Positions 9,232 to 19,298 of a stretch of DNA of 42,544 nucleotides are shown here, piece by piece. The translations under genes and the position numbers were made by a program. Under the pieces are notes generated by a model that did no database searches, was not told the origin of the DNA, and saw only the letters and a program-made list of their open reading frames with translations. Origin of the DNA: Promethearchaeota archaeon (lineage in GTDB: Archaea; Asgardarchaeota; Lokiarchaeia; Sigyniarchaeales; SOKP01); assembly GCA_019894975.1 (NCBI GenBank), contig JAGXNO010000035.1, positions 1-42,544 on the forward strand, given 5' to 3'. Position 1 is the first letter of the stretch. Each line of letters begins with the position of its first letter.

Positions 9232-9672
9232 ATGGATTCGATAATTTATAAGGTAATATTCAAAGCAATTCATCAATTTGAAAACAAAAACCTTACTCTA
9301 AATTTCAAGAATTTAATCTTTGAAAAACCAATAACTTTACCCCATAAACTCATTCCAAAATTAAAAGATTTGAGCGAGAAATCTGACACAATAATCGTTT
9401 TTCAAAATATTGAGGAGGTAATAATCGTAGGTAATGTAAAGCCTCAATATGAATATAACTATTACATAGTAATCCTATTTACACTAATATCCAATGAAGA
9501 AAAACAGGGTTATTTAATCGGAAATGTTAAAAATATTGGTGATATTATAATTGGGACTTGGCCGTTTAATCAACAGGGGACTGACTTAACCCCTGAGACA
9601 ATTCATGAGAAATCGAAGGATCTTTTAAATAATCCTGAAAAATATAATAAGATTTGCGTTATATCTCAATAA
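9232..9672 (+). CDS. hypothetical protein
   Basis: 146-aa ORF filling the gap; no motif recognised. Confidence 0.65.
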   Translation: MDSIIYKVIFKAIHQFENKNLTLNFKNLIFEKPITLPHKLIPKLKDLSEKSDTIIVFQNIEEVIIVGNVKPQYEYNYYIVILFTLISNEEKQGYLIGNVKNIGDIIIGTWPFNQQGTDLTPETIHEKSKDLLNNPEKYNKICVISQ

Positions 9673-9701
9673 AGAATTTTAACATTATATTAAGTAAATT
9701 T

Positions 9702-10640
9702 TTAGAATTTAGTAGTTGTATCATTTTCTAAAAGAAATTTTCTTAATTCCTTTTCAAATGGCATGCCGGTTCTAGCTCCTAATTTCTGGATTTTAAGTGA
9801 AGCTGCTGCGTTAGCAAATTTGATGGATTTTTCTAAATCCCATTCTCGAATCCAGTAAGCTACTGAGAAAGCACCATTAAATGTATCACCCGCACCTGTT
9901 GTATCAACAACTTCTTTAATATCAAAAGTGGGAATTATTTTTTGTGTTTTCTGTGTAGTAATTAGGGCTCCCTCGGCTCCTAGTGTAATGATTACTATTG
10001 GAATTCCTCTCCCAATTAATTCATTGGCAGATTCTTCTGGAGTTTCACAATTAGTTATCATTTTAGCCCCTTCCTTGTTTGGAATTAAAACATCAGCATT
10101 TAAGAGAATATTCTTTAAATTTTTCCATCCTCGTTGGGCGATTTGTGATTCCAAATCAATGCTAATCTTTACGTTATGTTCTTTTGCTATCTTAATAGCT
10201 AATTCTGTGATTTTCGGATGAATCATCGTAGTATGTAAAAGTCTCGATTTAGCTATATAGGATTCTGGTTAATCAGATGTTGATAATTTAGTAATTTGCA
10301 TATGAGGTGATTGAATTATTGTCTTCTCTCCATTACAAATAAAAATAAAATTAACCGGAGTTTTAAATCCTGATTTTTTTAACGTAACTGAAGTATCTAC
10401 ATTTTCTTTCTTAAAATCTTGTATTAAAAAATCGCTATAATAATCATCACCTACAGCACCAATAAATCCCGTTTTGACTCTTAAACGTGAAACAGAAACT
10501 AAATAATTTGCCGTTACTCCTCCTGAAAAGTAATTTTCACTAAGAGCATCAATTTTTTCATCCGGTTTGGGAAAATGTGGAATTTTTGAAACCCAATCGA
10601 CAACCACTTCACCTAACCCTATGATATCTATTTTATCCAT
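9702..10640 (-). pseudogene. PfkB/ribokinase-family carbohydrate kinase interrupted by one in-frame TAA (10269-10271)
   Basis: N half (GGVTAN, GAVGDD) and C half (PNKEGA, ITLGAEGA, VDTTGAGDTFNG) share one frame: LSTSD*PESYIAKSRLLHTTMIHP. Confidence 0.8.
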
Positions 10641-10684
10641 AACTCGATCAGGGGTAATGTAAAGAAATAAAAAAACAGAAAAAT

Positions 10685-12409
10685 TTAAGTTTCTATTATT
10701 TTCATTACTCTTTCTAGTTCTTCATCAATATCTAAATATTTAGAATCAAAAACAGAAATCTCATATGAACTTGAATAATCACTAAACTTTGCTTTTCCTT
10801 TTATTACTATATCTTTACCTAACAATTCTGAAGATTTCTTCTCTAAAAATTTTTCAAAGTCAGGAGTTTCCCTAATTTGAACAAGTTTATCTGTTTCAAC
10901 TCCAATAAGTTTTTCAGCTTTTTCACCCATAAAGGTTGTTCTAATTGAACTACTTCCATCATCGATTATGAGATTAACAATCATCCTGAATTCTGTCTTT
11001 TCTCTTATCTCACAATCACAATTGTCTATTTTCTTCATACATTTAGTGCATGCTTCATAAATCGTTATATTATTAAGCTCTCTAGCGATATACCCCTTGA
11101 TTTCAACAATCCCTGGATTATTAATCGAATCAATTTTTACATAATTCCCCGAATAAGAAGTATCCTGACTTCGTTTTGTAAAATTGTAAGTTTTAAGATT
11201 TTCTATTTCTAAATCAATTAAATCTATTGATGAATCATTTATCGCACTTATCTCATTTCTTTGGGAAAAATTATTGAATCTTAGCATTACATTTTTTAGA
11301 ATTAAACCTTGACCAACTGATAATTTTTCAGAAAATTCTTCTGCTGTCTCCTTCCATAATGTCGCTCGAATCCAATCAGTATCATCACTAATAACAAATC
11401 CTAATAAAGAAAGAATTTCACCCGATTTTGAGGTAATTTCTTTCAAATCATCAAGCGATGTAATTTTACCTTCAAAAGAAACAACACCTTTATTTTCTTG
11501 AAGTTCTTTAATATTCTGAATTAAACCCACTTCAATTTCAAACTTTTTTTGACTTTTCTTAATAGTTGTATTTTTACTTGCAAACATATCAATTGTTTTA
11601 GAATCTAGGTTGCTTAATCTTGGATTTAAATTTGAAATGGAAATGATATCATTAACCTGTAAATCCTTTAATTTTTCTGTATCTTCGTTCCAAAATGTTA
11701 TTCTTATAGAACCAGTTGAGTCTAAAAGTGAAATAGAGCCGACTTTTCCTATTTCTCCACTTTTTCTTGTAAAATCTCGTATGGGTGATATTTGGATTAA
11801 CTTTCCTTCTAAAGTGATCGATTTAAGGTTTAAGTTGACATCATTTATATTAATTAACTCAAATTTGACTTTGGGGTATTTTTTATAATCTACATCATCT
11901 GGGGATAAAACTATTTTTCCAAATCTGCTAATATGAATTTCTTTATCGCTGAATTTTCCTTTTTTTGCAATCCCATTTATAATTTTAATTAACTCATTTT
12001 GTCCAAAATTATCCTCATTGAATATATTAACATTGTCATCCCATAAGACAATCCGAATATCTCCTGTTTTATCATGTAATAGAAAAGATCCAACATACCC
12101 CATGCCCCCATCAGCTTTATTAAACTTATTCACGTTATATATTTCTTTTATTCTACCAGTAATGTTGATATTTTTCATATTTTCCGTGATATCGACGATA
12201 TTGAGATCAATATCTTGAAGTATATCTTTATTTTCCTCTTTTACATCAACACCCAGTTCTCTGGCTATGACAAATAAAGCACCCTCTTCTGAGATTAAAC
12301 CTTTTAATTCCTTCTTCTTATCGTCGACCATTTCTTGAATTTCTTTTCTAGTTAACCCCGTGCCTTCAATAATTTTGTTAATATATGCTTCTGCTTTCAT
12401 TTCACTCAT
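10685..12409 (-). CDS. rpa: replication protein A large subunit (multiple OB folds plus Zn finger)
   Basis: Repeated DxTGxIRxxxW-type OB motifs; YEACTKCMKK..CDC zinc finger; N-terminal GLISEEGALFVIARELG. Confidence 0.9.
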   Translation of the reverse strand: MSEMKAEAYINKIIEGTGLTRKEIQEMVDDKKKELKGLISEEGALFVIARELGVDVKEENKDILQDIDLNIVDITENMKNINITGRIKEIYNVNKFNKADGGMGYVGSFLLHDKTGDIRIVLWDDNVNIFNEDNFGQNELIKIINGIAKKGKFSDKEIHISRFGKIVLSPDDVDYKKYPKVKFELININDVNLNLKSITLEGKLIQISPIRDFTRKSGEIGKVGSISLLDSTGSIRITFWNEDTEKLKDLQVNDIISISNLNPRLSNLDSKTIDMFASKNTTIKKSQKKFEIEVGLIQNIKELQENKGVVSFEGKITSLDDLKEITSKSGEILSLLGFVISDDTDWIRATLWKETAEEFSEKLSVGQGLILKNVMLRFNNFSQRNEISAINDSSIDLIDLEIENLKTYNFTKRSQDTSYSGNYVKIDSINNPGIVEIKGYIARELNNITIYEACTKCMKKIDNCDCEIREKTEFRMIVNLIIDDGSSSIRTTFMGEKAEKLIGVETDKLVQIRETPDFEKFLEKKSSELLGKDIVIKGKAKFSDYSSSYEISVFDSKYLDIDEELERVMKIIET

Positions 12410-12617
12410 AATGCAAAAATTTTCCTATTTTTAAAATAACAGTATCAATTATTATTTAAAAAAAAAATTATTATTTGTTAATTAAAATCTAATTCTTTTA
12501 AAATTAGAGAGTATTACATAAAGGTAATTTTTCGAGCATAAATAATTGAAAACTATATCTAATATCAATTAATTTTCATTATTATATTAAATCCAATTAA
12601 TAAACCCCTAATTTTTT

Positions 12618-13358
12618 ATGAGAGAATTTAAAGTTATTCCTGTATTGGATATATTGAAATCAGAAATAGTACATGCCATTAGAGGTGAAAGAGATAAATA
12701 TAAACCTCTTAAGTCAAAACTATTTAATTCCTCTGATCCAGTAGAGATATTGAAAGCTCTTAGAACTAAATTTCAATTCAATGAATTCTACATAGCAGAT
12801 CTTGACGCAATCCTTAATAAAAAACCAAATTTAGAAATATTAACCCAAATTTTGAAAATCTCTGGAATAAACATAATTATTGATCCAGGAATAGTTGATT
12901 CTAAAGATATTCTGCAATATTCGAAACTTGAGATTAAAAAATTAATAATTGGATTGGAAACAATAAGAAGTTTAGACGAGGTGGTAAACGCCTTAGAATT
13001 ATTAGGAAAGGAAAAATTGATTGTCAGTATTGATATGTATAAAGAAAAAGTATTAACAAGAGCTAAGGGTTTAAGAAATAGAAGTTCTCTAGAAATTGTT
13101 CGAAAAATTAAGACTTTAGGCATTAATCAAATAATTTTATTAGACTTATTCCGGGTAGGTCAAAAAATGGGGGGTATTCCTCCAATATATTTAGAAATTC
13201 AGAATATCTTCGATGGGAATGTTTATGTGGGTGGTGGGATTAAAGATTATAAAGATATTCTAAGCTACATCCAACACAACTTCGCGGGGATATTGATAGC
13301 TACTGCATTATATGATGGATCAATAGATATTGAAAAAGTGAGAAAAATTGAGAGTTAA
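12618..13358 (+). CDS. HisA/HisF-related TIM-barrel protein (type associated with C1-cofactor synthesis)
   Basis: VIPVLDI..VHAIRGERDKYKPL, YIADLDAI, LLDLFRVG, YVGGGI, IATALYDG. Confidence 0.8.
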   Translation: MREFKVIPVLDILKSEIVHAIRGERDKYKPLKSKLFNSSDPVEILKALRTKFQFNEFYIADLDAILNKKPNLEILTQILKISGINIIIDPGIVDSKDILQYSKLEIKKLIIGLETIRSLDEVVNALELLGKEKLIVSIDMYKEKVLTRAKGLRNRSSLEIVRKIKTLGINQIILLDLFRVGQKMGGIPPIYLEIQNIFDGNVYVGGGIKDYKDILSYIQHNFAGILIATALYDGSIDIEKVRKIES

Positions 13359-13364
13359 TAAATT

Positions 13365-13892
13365 TTAGTCAATAAAGATTACTCCTGTACTAGAAACATT
13401 TAATGATTTCTTGCATACCGGGCATGTATGCTTCATTCTAACCCAATCTGTTAAATGGTCCTTATGTGCTTTTGCTTCGCATATTGGACATCCAGTAACC
13501 TCATCAAAAATTTCAATATTTTTACCACATACAGAACATTTAGTTTTTGAAGCTGTTGATACTTTAATAAGATCTTTTTTTACATCTAGTACCACTCTTT
13601 CAGTATTTTCAGCAGTTGGATTTATTTGTTTTAATTCATCTCGAGTATCAACACAAAATATTGAACCTTCAGTGTCATCTTTTTTATTGCCAATCCATAC
13701 GACTTTTCCTTTAAAATAACTAGATCCTTCATGTTCTAAAGCTAAATTTAATCTTCTATCTTCCATAACGTAAGTTTGTATAACTTTTGTATACTTGAGG
13801 TCCAAAGCAGAAGATAATTTGCTAATTACTTCTTTTGGTTCTTTAAAAACTTCATCAGTAATTTCTACTTTAGTAATTTCTTTAGGAGACAT
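13365..13892 (-). CDS. protein with a C-terminal RING-like zinc finger
   Basis: CSVC-x12-CPIC-x4-HKDH-x3-W-x6-CPVC. Confidence 0.75.
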   Translation of the reverse strand: MSPKEITKVEITDEVFKEPKEVISKLSSALDLKYTKVIQTYVMEDRRLNLALEHEGSSYFKGKVVWIGNKKDDTEGSIFCVDTRDELKQINPTAENTERVVLDVKKDLIKVSTASKTKCSVCGKNIEIFDEVTGCPICEAKAHKDHLTDWVRMKHTCPVCKKSLNVSSTGVIFID

Positions 13893-14205
13893 AATAACTA
13901 ATTATTCTTTTTTTTATATTTAATAAAAATGATTTAATTTAAATTTTTATATATGAATGTAATAATCTAATTTTTTAGAGGTATTTAATTAAGGGAACTA
14001 TGCTATAGATCTAAAATTTTCAATATTTCCTTATAAAACCCATAAAATATAAGATTATTTTTCATAAAGCTGTTTAATTTAGTATGAAATGCTCACAATT
14101 TTTAGAAAAGTTCATAAATTCTATTATTATATCCGCTAAGTTTTGGATTTTAAACTTAATTCTTAAATATATTTTTTAATATTTCTAAATTATATATGAT
14201 AAGTC

Positions 14206-14937
14206 ATGCGGAACAAAATTAAACTATTAATTAGTCCTAAAACAATTGAAGAAGCTAAAATTGTAGTACGAGCAAATGTTGACTTCATTGACTGTAAAAA
14301 TCCTGAAGAAGGGTCTCTGGGAGCAAATTTTCCTTGGATTATCAAAGCAATGAAAGATATAATCCCCAAAAATAGCTCCCAATTGTTAAGTGCTACAATT
14401 GGGGACTTCCCAAATTTACCAGGATCTGCTTCTTTGGCCGCATTAGGGGCGGTAGTTTCTGGTGCAGATATAATAAAAGTGGGCTTAAAAGGCCCAAAAA
14501 ATATTAAAGAAGGAATTAAATTAATGAAGGCTGTAGTAAAAGCAGTAAAAACTTATAAGGGAGAGATTATGGTTGTAACCGCAGGCTATGGAGACTTTAC
14601 TAGAATAGATAACGGTTTAGACTTTTTATCAATCCCCACAATAGCCGCAGAATCTGGTGCTGATATAGCGATGCTTGATACTTATATTAAAGATAAAAAA
14701 GGACTATTTGATTTTTTAACTGTTAATCAATTAATCGAATTTAAAGAAAAATCGAATCAATTAGGTCTAAAAATTGCGTTAGCAGGCAATTTAAACAAAG
14801 ATGTGTTATCTAACATTCGAAAAATAAATCCGGACATAATCGGTGTCCGGAGTATGGTATGTGATGGATATGATAGAAATAAAGGCAATATAAGATTAGA
14901 TTTTATCGATGACTTAAAATCTCACTTATATACATAG
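14206..14937 (+). CDS. mfnB: (5-formylfuran-3-yl)methyl phosphate synthase
   Basis: LLISP, IDCKNPEEGSLGANFPW, SATIGD, MLDTYIKD, ALAGNL, PDIIGVR. Confidence 0.93.
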   Translation: MRNKIKLLISPKTIEEAKIVVRANVDFIDCKNPEEGSLGANFPWIIKAMKDIIPKNSSQLLSATIGDFPNLPGSASLAALGAVVSGADIIKVGLKGPKNIKEGIKLMKAVVKAVKTYKGEIMVVTAGYGDFTRIDNGLDFLSIPTIAAESGADIAMLDTYIKDKKGLFDFLTVNQLIEFKEKSNQLGLKIALAGNLNKDVLSNIRKINPDIIGVRSMVCDGYDRNKGNIRLDFIDDLKSHLYT

Positions 14938-15112
14938 AGATTTCACCATAAATGTAATTTTTCCCCTTTACAATTGATTTTGTCATAATAATTTAACAAC
15001 TCCCCTTTTTATATTTTGAAAAAATCAACTAATATGATTTTAAAAATGAACTTTAATTAGTATAAATCTAATAAATATTTGATTTTGAAATAATTTGAAA
15101 AATTGACGAGTT

Positions 15113-15928
15113 ATGTTTAAAAAAGAGTTAGGTATAATTGGAGTTGGTAAGATTGGTTCTACGTTATTAAGGGTATTAATCAACTCCAATATTTTAGAGA
15201 GAGATAAGATCATTATATATGATATTAATGAAGAGGTGCTTTTAGATAGAAAAAAAGAATTTATGGTTGAAGTTGCTGAAAGTAACAAATCTGTTGTTGA
15301 AGAAGCTAAATTCATATTAATCGCTGTACTACCACAGGTAATAGATAAAGTTTTAGAAGAGATTAGTTCAATCCTAACGGAAAAACAAATCATAATTTCT
15401 ATCGCTGCTGGAATTTCCATCTCTCATGTTAGTAAATATTTCGATAAAAAAATTGGTATCTTTAGAATTATGACAAACACTCCTGCCTTAGTAAAAGCAG
15501 CAGCTTCTGCAATATCATTTAATGAATATATAAAACAACCTGAAATAGATTTTGTAAAGAACATATTCAATGAAATTGGTATGGTCGTAGAATTAGAAGA
15601 AAAACACTTAGATGCGGTAACGGGGCTGTCAGGAAGCGGTCCTGCTTATCTCTTTATTATTATGGAAGCTTTGGCAGATGGGGGTGTAAAAATGGGGCTT
15701 CCAAGAGATGTGGCTTTAAAACTTGCAGCTCAAACGGTATTGGGTTCAGCAAAATTGGTGTTAGAAACTAATAAACATCCTGGAGAATTAAAAGACATGG
15801 TGGCAAGCCCAGGAGGTACAACTATCACTGCTATCCACGAATTAGAATCAGCAAAACTAAGAGCAACACTAATGAGTGCTGTAGAAGCCGCAACTTTGAA
15901 ATCTAAATCAATGAATGAAACCATTTAG
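15113..15928 (+). CDS. proC: pyrroline-5-carboxylate reductase
   Basis: GVGKIG, ISIAAG, TGLSGSGPAY, SPGGTT. Confidence 0.96.
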   Translation: MFKKELGIIGVGKIGSTLLRVLINSNILERDKIIIYDINEEVLLDRKKEFMVEVAESNKSVVEEAKFILIAVLPQVIDKVLEEISSILTEKQIIISIAAGISISHVSKYFDKKIGIFRIMTNTPALVKAAASAISFNEYIKQPEIDFVKNIFNEIGMVVELEEKHLDAVTGLSGSGPAYLFIIMEALADGGVKMGLPRDVALKLAAQTVLGSAKLVLETNKHPGELKDMVASPGGTTITAIHELESAKLRATLMSAVEAATLKSKSMNETI

Positions 15929-15929
15929 G

Positions 15930-16892
15930 CTATTTATTATTCTTAATATTTGGCCCCATTTTGTTAATTGATAAGTCGAAAACATTAATTTCAGGTTTAT
16001 ATGTATCAAAAATCTCCATAACCTCTCTTTCATTTTCCTTCTTGCAAATAGCATAAACAGATCTTCCTAATTGATTCATACTTGCTCCTAAAATCTTTAA
16101 ATTATTCAAACGTGTAATTAAATCTTCAATTTTATGCAATTCTAGGATTTTGAGCATTTGAGTTTCCTTCACAAATTCAGTCGAAGCAGTTATGAAAGCT
16201 TTTATATCTCGATTTTGCAATAATTTTGCTTGAGCTCTTCTCCCTGCTTTTTTAATTTTCGAATTTAAAACAGGATCTGTTAGAATTGATTTAGTATGGA
16301 TCATCCCAAATGAACCACATATGATTTTTAAATTTTGAGAGAAATTAATACTTTCAGAAACACATGGATAACCAGGTTCTTTAAGGATACATAATCCGCC
16401 ACGTAATTGTCCACAAACAGTCCCTAATCCTGTTTGATTCATAACTTCGGCAATATGTGCTATTCTTCCCCTCTCGATATTGGGAAAGCCTAAATTTAAA
16501 ATGTTATTAAAACCATAAATCGTACCTAATGCTCCAGAACCACTTGCACCATAGCCACATCCAACAGGTAAAGGAAAATTATGATAAATTTCGATTTTTA
16601 AAGGTGAATTTAACAACTGTTTTAGATATTGATAGATGTAATAGGTGGTCTCTGCCTTTTGATCCACCTTTTCATCATTAATAAAAATACTTATCTTCTG
16701 ATCACTAGATTTATCTAAATCTTCAACAACAATCCTTGTTCTTCCCACAGCACTTAAATTAAAGCCTGCACCTCTTGATCCAATTCTTTCTGGATCTTTT
16801 ATTTTTTTACCATCAATTTCATCTACAATTTCAAAAAAACCAGAAATTCTGTGAGGTACATCAACTACTACTTCTCTTTTAAAGTGTGCCAT
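15930..16892 (-). CDS. pantoate kinase (GHMP family)
   Basis: PHRISGFF, GSRGAG, PVGCGYGASG, AHIAEV..TGLGTV. Confidence 0.88.
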   Translation of the reverse strand: MAHFKREVVVDVPHRISGFFEIVDEIDGKKIKDPERIGSRGAGFNLSAVGRTRIVVEDLDKSSDQKISIFINDEKVDQKAETTYYIYQYLKQLLNSPLKIEIYHNFPLPVGCGYGASGSGALGTIYGFNNILNLGFPNIERGRIAHIAEVMNQTGLGTVCGQLRGGLCILKEPGYPCVSESINFSQNLKIICGSFGMIHTKSILTDPVLNSKIKKAGRRAQAKLLQNRDIKAFITASTEFVKETQMLKILELHKIEDLITRLNNLKILGASMNQLGRSVYAICKKENEREVMEIFDTYKPEINVFDLSINKMGPNIKNNK

Positions 16893-16946
16893 ATGTCGTA
16901 AGTAACTTAATTTATTAAATCATCTATATATTATTAAATAGAAAAT

Positions 16947-17672
16947 TTGAATGAAAATGTTATGAAAGGAAATATTGTTATAAAGATTGGAGGGTCTTTA
17001 CTCTTTACTAAAGATAATGAAATCAAGTCTAGTAAAATTGCTGAATTTTGTAATATTTTTAAAACTAGGAAAAATAATGGAAATATCATTATAGTTTGCG
17101 GAGGAGGATTACCTGCAAGAAGGTATATCAATTCAGTTAGATTTTTTAATGGATCTGAAGCTTTATGTGATACTTTTGGAATTGAAATCTCTAGAATTAA
17201 TGCTAAATTATTAATTGCTTGCTTTCAAGATTATGCTTATCCTCAAGTTCCGAAAACCATTGAAGAACTTTCAGTGGCTTTACTCTTCAACAAAATAATT
17301 GTAATGGGTGGGTTACAACCTGGTCAATCAACAACTTCTGTAGCATTAGAAGTAGCAGAATTAATTCAAGCAGATAAATTTTTAGTCCTTACAGATGTAG
17401 AAGGTATATATGATAAAGACCCTAAAAAATTCAATGATGCACAATTGTTAAAAAAAATTAATTACGACCAACTGCAAGAAATAATATTAGATCTGGGAGA
17501 GGATGACCAAGCTGCTGCAGGAGAATATCGAATTTTCGACGCTGTATCCTTACAAATCTTAAAGCGTAGTGAAATTAATACTACGATTATGTCTGGAACA
17601 AACTTAAATAACTTCATTAAGTTTTGGGATGGAGAAAAAAGCACAACTGGTACAGAAATCTCAAAGGAATAG
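16947..17672 (+). CDS. pyrH: UMP kinase (start may be ATG at 16962)
   Basis: VIKIGGS, VCGGG, MGGLQPGQSTT, TDVEGIYDKDP. Confidence 0.93.
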   Translation: MNENVMKGNIVIKIGGSLLFTKDNEIKSSKIAEFCNIFKTRKNNGNIIIVCGGGLPARRYINSVRFFNGSEALCDTFGIEISRINAKLLIACFQDYAYPQVPKTIEELSVALLFNKIIVMGGLQPGQSTTSVALEVAELIQADKFLVLTDVEGIYDKDPKKFNDAQLLKKINYDQLQEIILDLGEDDQAAAGEYRIFDAVSLQILKRSEINTTIMSGTNLNNFIKFWDGEKSTTGTEISKE

Positions 17673-17749
17673 AGAAATAATAAATTATTTTAACTAATAA
17701 ATTTTTATACTTATTAAATACAGAATAGGATAAATATTAGGAATTTAAA

Positions 17750-17986
17750 ATGTCTCAATCTTCATGGAAAGACCAAATTAAAAAAAAATGGGGCCCTCAC
17801 AGTCATTGTCCTGTATGTGGTAAGGCAATGCCAACAGATAAAAAATTCTGCAGCCAAAATTGTAAAGATAACATGATAGAACGTGAACGAAAATCGAAAA
17901 AAAAAGGGAGATTTCAATGTATATTTTTAGTTGTTATGATGGCTGTCATGATGATATTCCTGTTCATATTACCAATGTTCGGCTAG
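17750..17986 (+). CDS. DUF2116-like Zn-ribbon protein with a C-terminal membrane anchor
   Basis: PHSHCPVCGKAMP..KKFCSQNC followed by a basic patch and a terminal hydrophobic helix. Confidence 0.8.
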   Translation: MSQSSWKDQIKKKWGPHSHCPVCGKAMPTDKKFCSQNCKDNMIERERKSKKKGRFQCIFLVVMMAVMMIFLFILPMFG

Positions 17987-18036
17987 TAAAAAAGAATTTA
18001 ACCATACCTCATCTCTAATTTTTAAGGTTAAATAGG

Positions 18037-18193
18037 TGCAGAGAGAGGGATTTCCAAAAAGTGCGAAAAGCAATTTCTAATACTGAAAGCGTTTTTTTTT
18101 GAACCCCCGTAGGCCTATGCCAATGGATCTTGAGTCCATCACCGATAATCGTTTGTACCATAACAAACTTTGACCGGGCTTGGTTATCTCTGC
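18037..18193 (-). tRNA. tRNA-Leu(CAA) with two introns (21/22: 18145-18169, 25 nt; 59/60: 18051-18097, 47 nt)
   Basis: Minus strand GCAGAGA/TCTCTGC, ATGGA-CTCAAGA-TCCAT, long variable arm, GGGGG/CCCTC T stem; BHBs GGTC/GATT and TTCA/TGGA. Confidence 0.93.
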
Positions 18194-18265
18194 ATTTTGA
18201 AATAATAATGTCATGAAAGTTATAAACATTACCTTTTTTCATTAGATCGCTATTATCAAGTGAAA

Positions 18266-18628
18266 CTATTTTTCTTCTGTTATCTCTTTTAAAATTTCAT
18301 TGATGAAATTAACTATAGGTTTGATTATTGTGCCTTCATCTTTCCTATTTTTTAAAAATAAGAGGAGCAAAACAGGTGAATTCAATACACTAGAAGCTTT
18401 TTCCGCTATTATTGTGCTTATTAATTTACTATTCATGCCAAATAAATTATAAGAAGCTGTTGGTGATTTAATTCCTTCTACTATTGAGGGTGTACCTAAA
18501 GTAACATTTCCTATTCCCAAATCTTCCTGATCAGAGATAAGTAACAAAAAACTATTATGCAACTTGAATAGGTTAATATGAATGACATAATCATCAATTG
18601 TAAAATTTCTATTAACTATTAACTTCAT
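18266..18628 (-). CDS. proteasome assembly chaperone PAC4-like protein
   Basis: Pattern HINLFKLHNSFLLLISD..LGNVTLGTP..IAEKAS..LNSPVLL resembles the PAC4/PSMG4 family. Confidence 0.55.
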   Translation of the reverse strand: MKLIVNRNFTIDDYVIHINLFKLHNSFLLLISDQEDLGIGNVTLGTPSIVEGIKSPTASYNLFGMNSKLISTIIAEKASSVLNSPVLLLLFLKNRKDEGTIIKPIVNFINEILKEITEEK

Positions 18629-18688
18629 ATCTAAATCATATCTTCTTTTAACTAGATATTGAATTACAAATTTGCTTCAAAATAGAAT

Positions 18689-19108
18689 TCAATCTGAGGC
18701 AATAACCACATCAGAGAGCCTCTGCCTCCTAATATCAAAATCGTGATCCAGATGAATCGTTATACAATGTTGATCTTTATTCTCAAGATTCTTATGGACA
18801 TAACTTACAGGAACAATCGGTATTTCAGATTCGATAACAACTTTTTTTGGAACCGGGATGGGAATAACAGCTTTGCATCTTTCACAATTAACTAAAACAA
18901 CTTTCATATTGGGAGATTCCACTTTTTTAATCCTTTCTAGAACATCTGGAGCCAAATCTGGGGAATCTATTGTCAATTTTTCCTTTTTCTTTGGGGGTTC
19001 AGGAACAGAGGGGATATCAAGATCCTCGTTTTCTTTTGTCGAATAATCTTTTTCGTTAACAATCTCTTTTAGCTTTTCAATTTTTTTTTCTCTCTTATCA
19101 TCTTTCAC
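18689..19108 (-). CDS. hypothetical protein with a Cys/His metal-binding C-terminal domain (GTG start)
   Basis: CERC..H..HCITIHLD; SD-like GAGGT upstream. Confidence 0.7.
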   Translation of the reverse strand: MKDDKREKKIEKLKEIVNEKDYSTKENEDLDIPSVPEPPKKKEKLTIDSPDLAPDVLERIKKVESPNMKVVLVNCERCKAVIPIPVPKKVVIESEIPIVPVSYVHKNLENKDQHCITIHLDHDFDIRRQRLSDVVIASD

Positions 19109-19298
19109 GTCATTTACCTCTTATCATTAAGGATCATGATATAGTCTTTTTTGTATGAAATATTTTAGGCTCTAAAACTTTCACCATTAGGAGAGAATTT
19201 TTGATTACCTAATAATATGTTATTTAGAATGATAAAAAAATTTTAACAAAAATTGTATGGTTTTTCAAAATTCTTTGAGGTTTTAAAAGAGAATAAAA

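Noticed and set aside
10269-10271. Selenocysteine or pyrrolysine recoding in the PfkB gene
   Set aside because: The stop is TAA at a non-catalytic position; no in-frame TGA candidates seen elsewhere
18015-18242. 75-aa ORF
   Set aside because: Overlies intron-containing tRNA-Leu(CAA)
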